From Azolla caroliniana (taxonomy: Eukaryota; Plantae; Polypodiophyta): a stretch of DNA of 36,776 nt. The notes beneath the pieces were generated by a model. That model saw only the letters and a list, made by a program, of their open reading frames with translations. It had not been told where the DNA came from and did not search any database. Positions 35,511-36,776 of the stretch are shown here, one piece after another; the first letter of the stretch is position 1, and every line of letters begins with the position of its first letter. The translations under genes were made by a program, and so were the position numbers. The stretch covers positions 1-36,776 of the forward strand of contig JBHGNT010000305.1 in NCBI GenBank assembly GCA_043228905.1, given 5' to 3'.

Positions 35511-36776
35511 ATGATGACTACCCAAGTTGAGACTTTAGGAAACTTTTTTGGGCGGGGGAGGGGGGAGCTTCATTACATATTACCATAGGGAGTCATATGG
35601 GCTCCTTTTTTTTTATTGGCTTCAATGCTCACAAAAAAATTTATTTATTCCATCGAGGTTTGTCGCAAAACTAATTGAGCCTAGATAGTCAAATGCATCT
35701 CTCAAAGGTATATTAGGTCACAATGTTACTTGTCGGTCCAAGGAGCACATGTGCTTTCTCATTGGTATGCATTCTCTTCATGTTTAGGAAATTTGTCTTT
35801 ATTCCACTGACAAATGAATTGTTGCACTACTATCCATTGGTATAACTTATATCAATGTTCAAGATTTTCTTGATTTACTTACCTCAATACACTTTTTATT
35901 AGTCTACTTGGTTTGGGAAATTTCTTCTACTCGTAAGCTAAAGGAGTCATTGTGAAACAATAGAACAAACGAGAAAAACACTTGTATACATAAAGGAATT
36001 TCATTGAAATTTGTACATGTTTCTATCATATATTGTTCAATTTATGAATATTTCCAATCCATGAGTTCAAAATCCAAGTGCAATTTAGAGAGTTGTATTA
36101 ATTTTGTTTGAATCATCCTCATGCATGTCAATAACTCGACATGTCGTTTTGTTGACTCTTTGTTACAACGTTGATTACATGATAAATGCATGCACCTAAC
36201 TTGTCATTGTTGAGTGAGTAGTTTTGATCGTTTGGTGTTAGTTTATTAGGTGAGCAAGTATGCTTGAATTAACCTGGCGTGCATTACCTCGTACACATGA
36301 GATTGTTTTGAGTTTATTTGGTGAACAAGCATGCACATAGGATTGGTTTACATGTCCTTTTAGTCATGCAATAAACTCCTTTCGATAGTCAATATTGAAA
36401 CCTAGCACAGAAAAGCTTGACATTAGGGGAAAAAAGTGTTAATGTAGAAATATTTCCCATTAATATTTTAATAAATCTCTATTTATGAAGATCACGTGAT
36501 ACTGTAGATATAGTCAGATATTTATGATGTTTTTATAGCTCTTGTTGGTTATAGTCAATATTTATGATGTTTTATTAGTTCCTACCAATAATTACGGCCT
36601 TACAAATCATTCTGCTATATCTCTACTTCTCTATTTGCAAATTAGAGTGATTGCATGACATTGAGACTTGCAGGTGATGTGGCACAAATAGTATGATCAC
36701 AATCAACATTCACCTTTTAGAGTTATCACGACATTCAATTATCATCTAGCATTGTAATTTCTATCATAGATTGCAT

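Noticed and set aside
35520-36776. Possible transposon remnant at the right end
   Set aside because: It is AT-rich with no ORF, terminal repeat or recognisable motif that I can support.

Overview
Eukaryotic, intron-rich, AT-rich land-plant genomic DNA. It is possibly from a fern or other non-seed plant, but that is only an impression from protein divergence. Four spliced genes can be rebuilt by hand with in-frame GT-AG junctions: (1) a 14-exon MTP7/MTPc4-type CDF metal transporter (+, 7275-13156, about 493 aa); (2) an 11-exon chloroplast EXECUTER-family singlet-oxygen signalling gene (-, 20438-14683, about 744 aa); (3) a 3-exon FAM136A/DUF842 twin-CX3C protein (-, 24060-22562, 145 aa); and (4) a very large NETWORKED (NAB/KIP1) actin-binding coiled-coil protein (-, 34187-25085, about 2805 aa, with one 8.3-kb exon). 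The left end may hold the 5' part of a fifth, unidentified minus-strand gene, followed by a decayed LINE remnant (about 3970-5870). Many local tandem duplications and microsatellites are present. No wholly new multi-gene system is demonstrable from the sequence. The best leads are a stacked, ATF4-like uORF cassette on the giant NET gene, register-preserving 56-aa and 67-aa triplications that lengthen its rod, two zinc-deficiency response elements flanking the FAM136A start, and an in-frame NLS-like N-terminal extension plus a strong hairpin upstream of MTP7.
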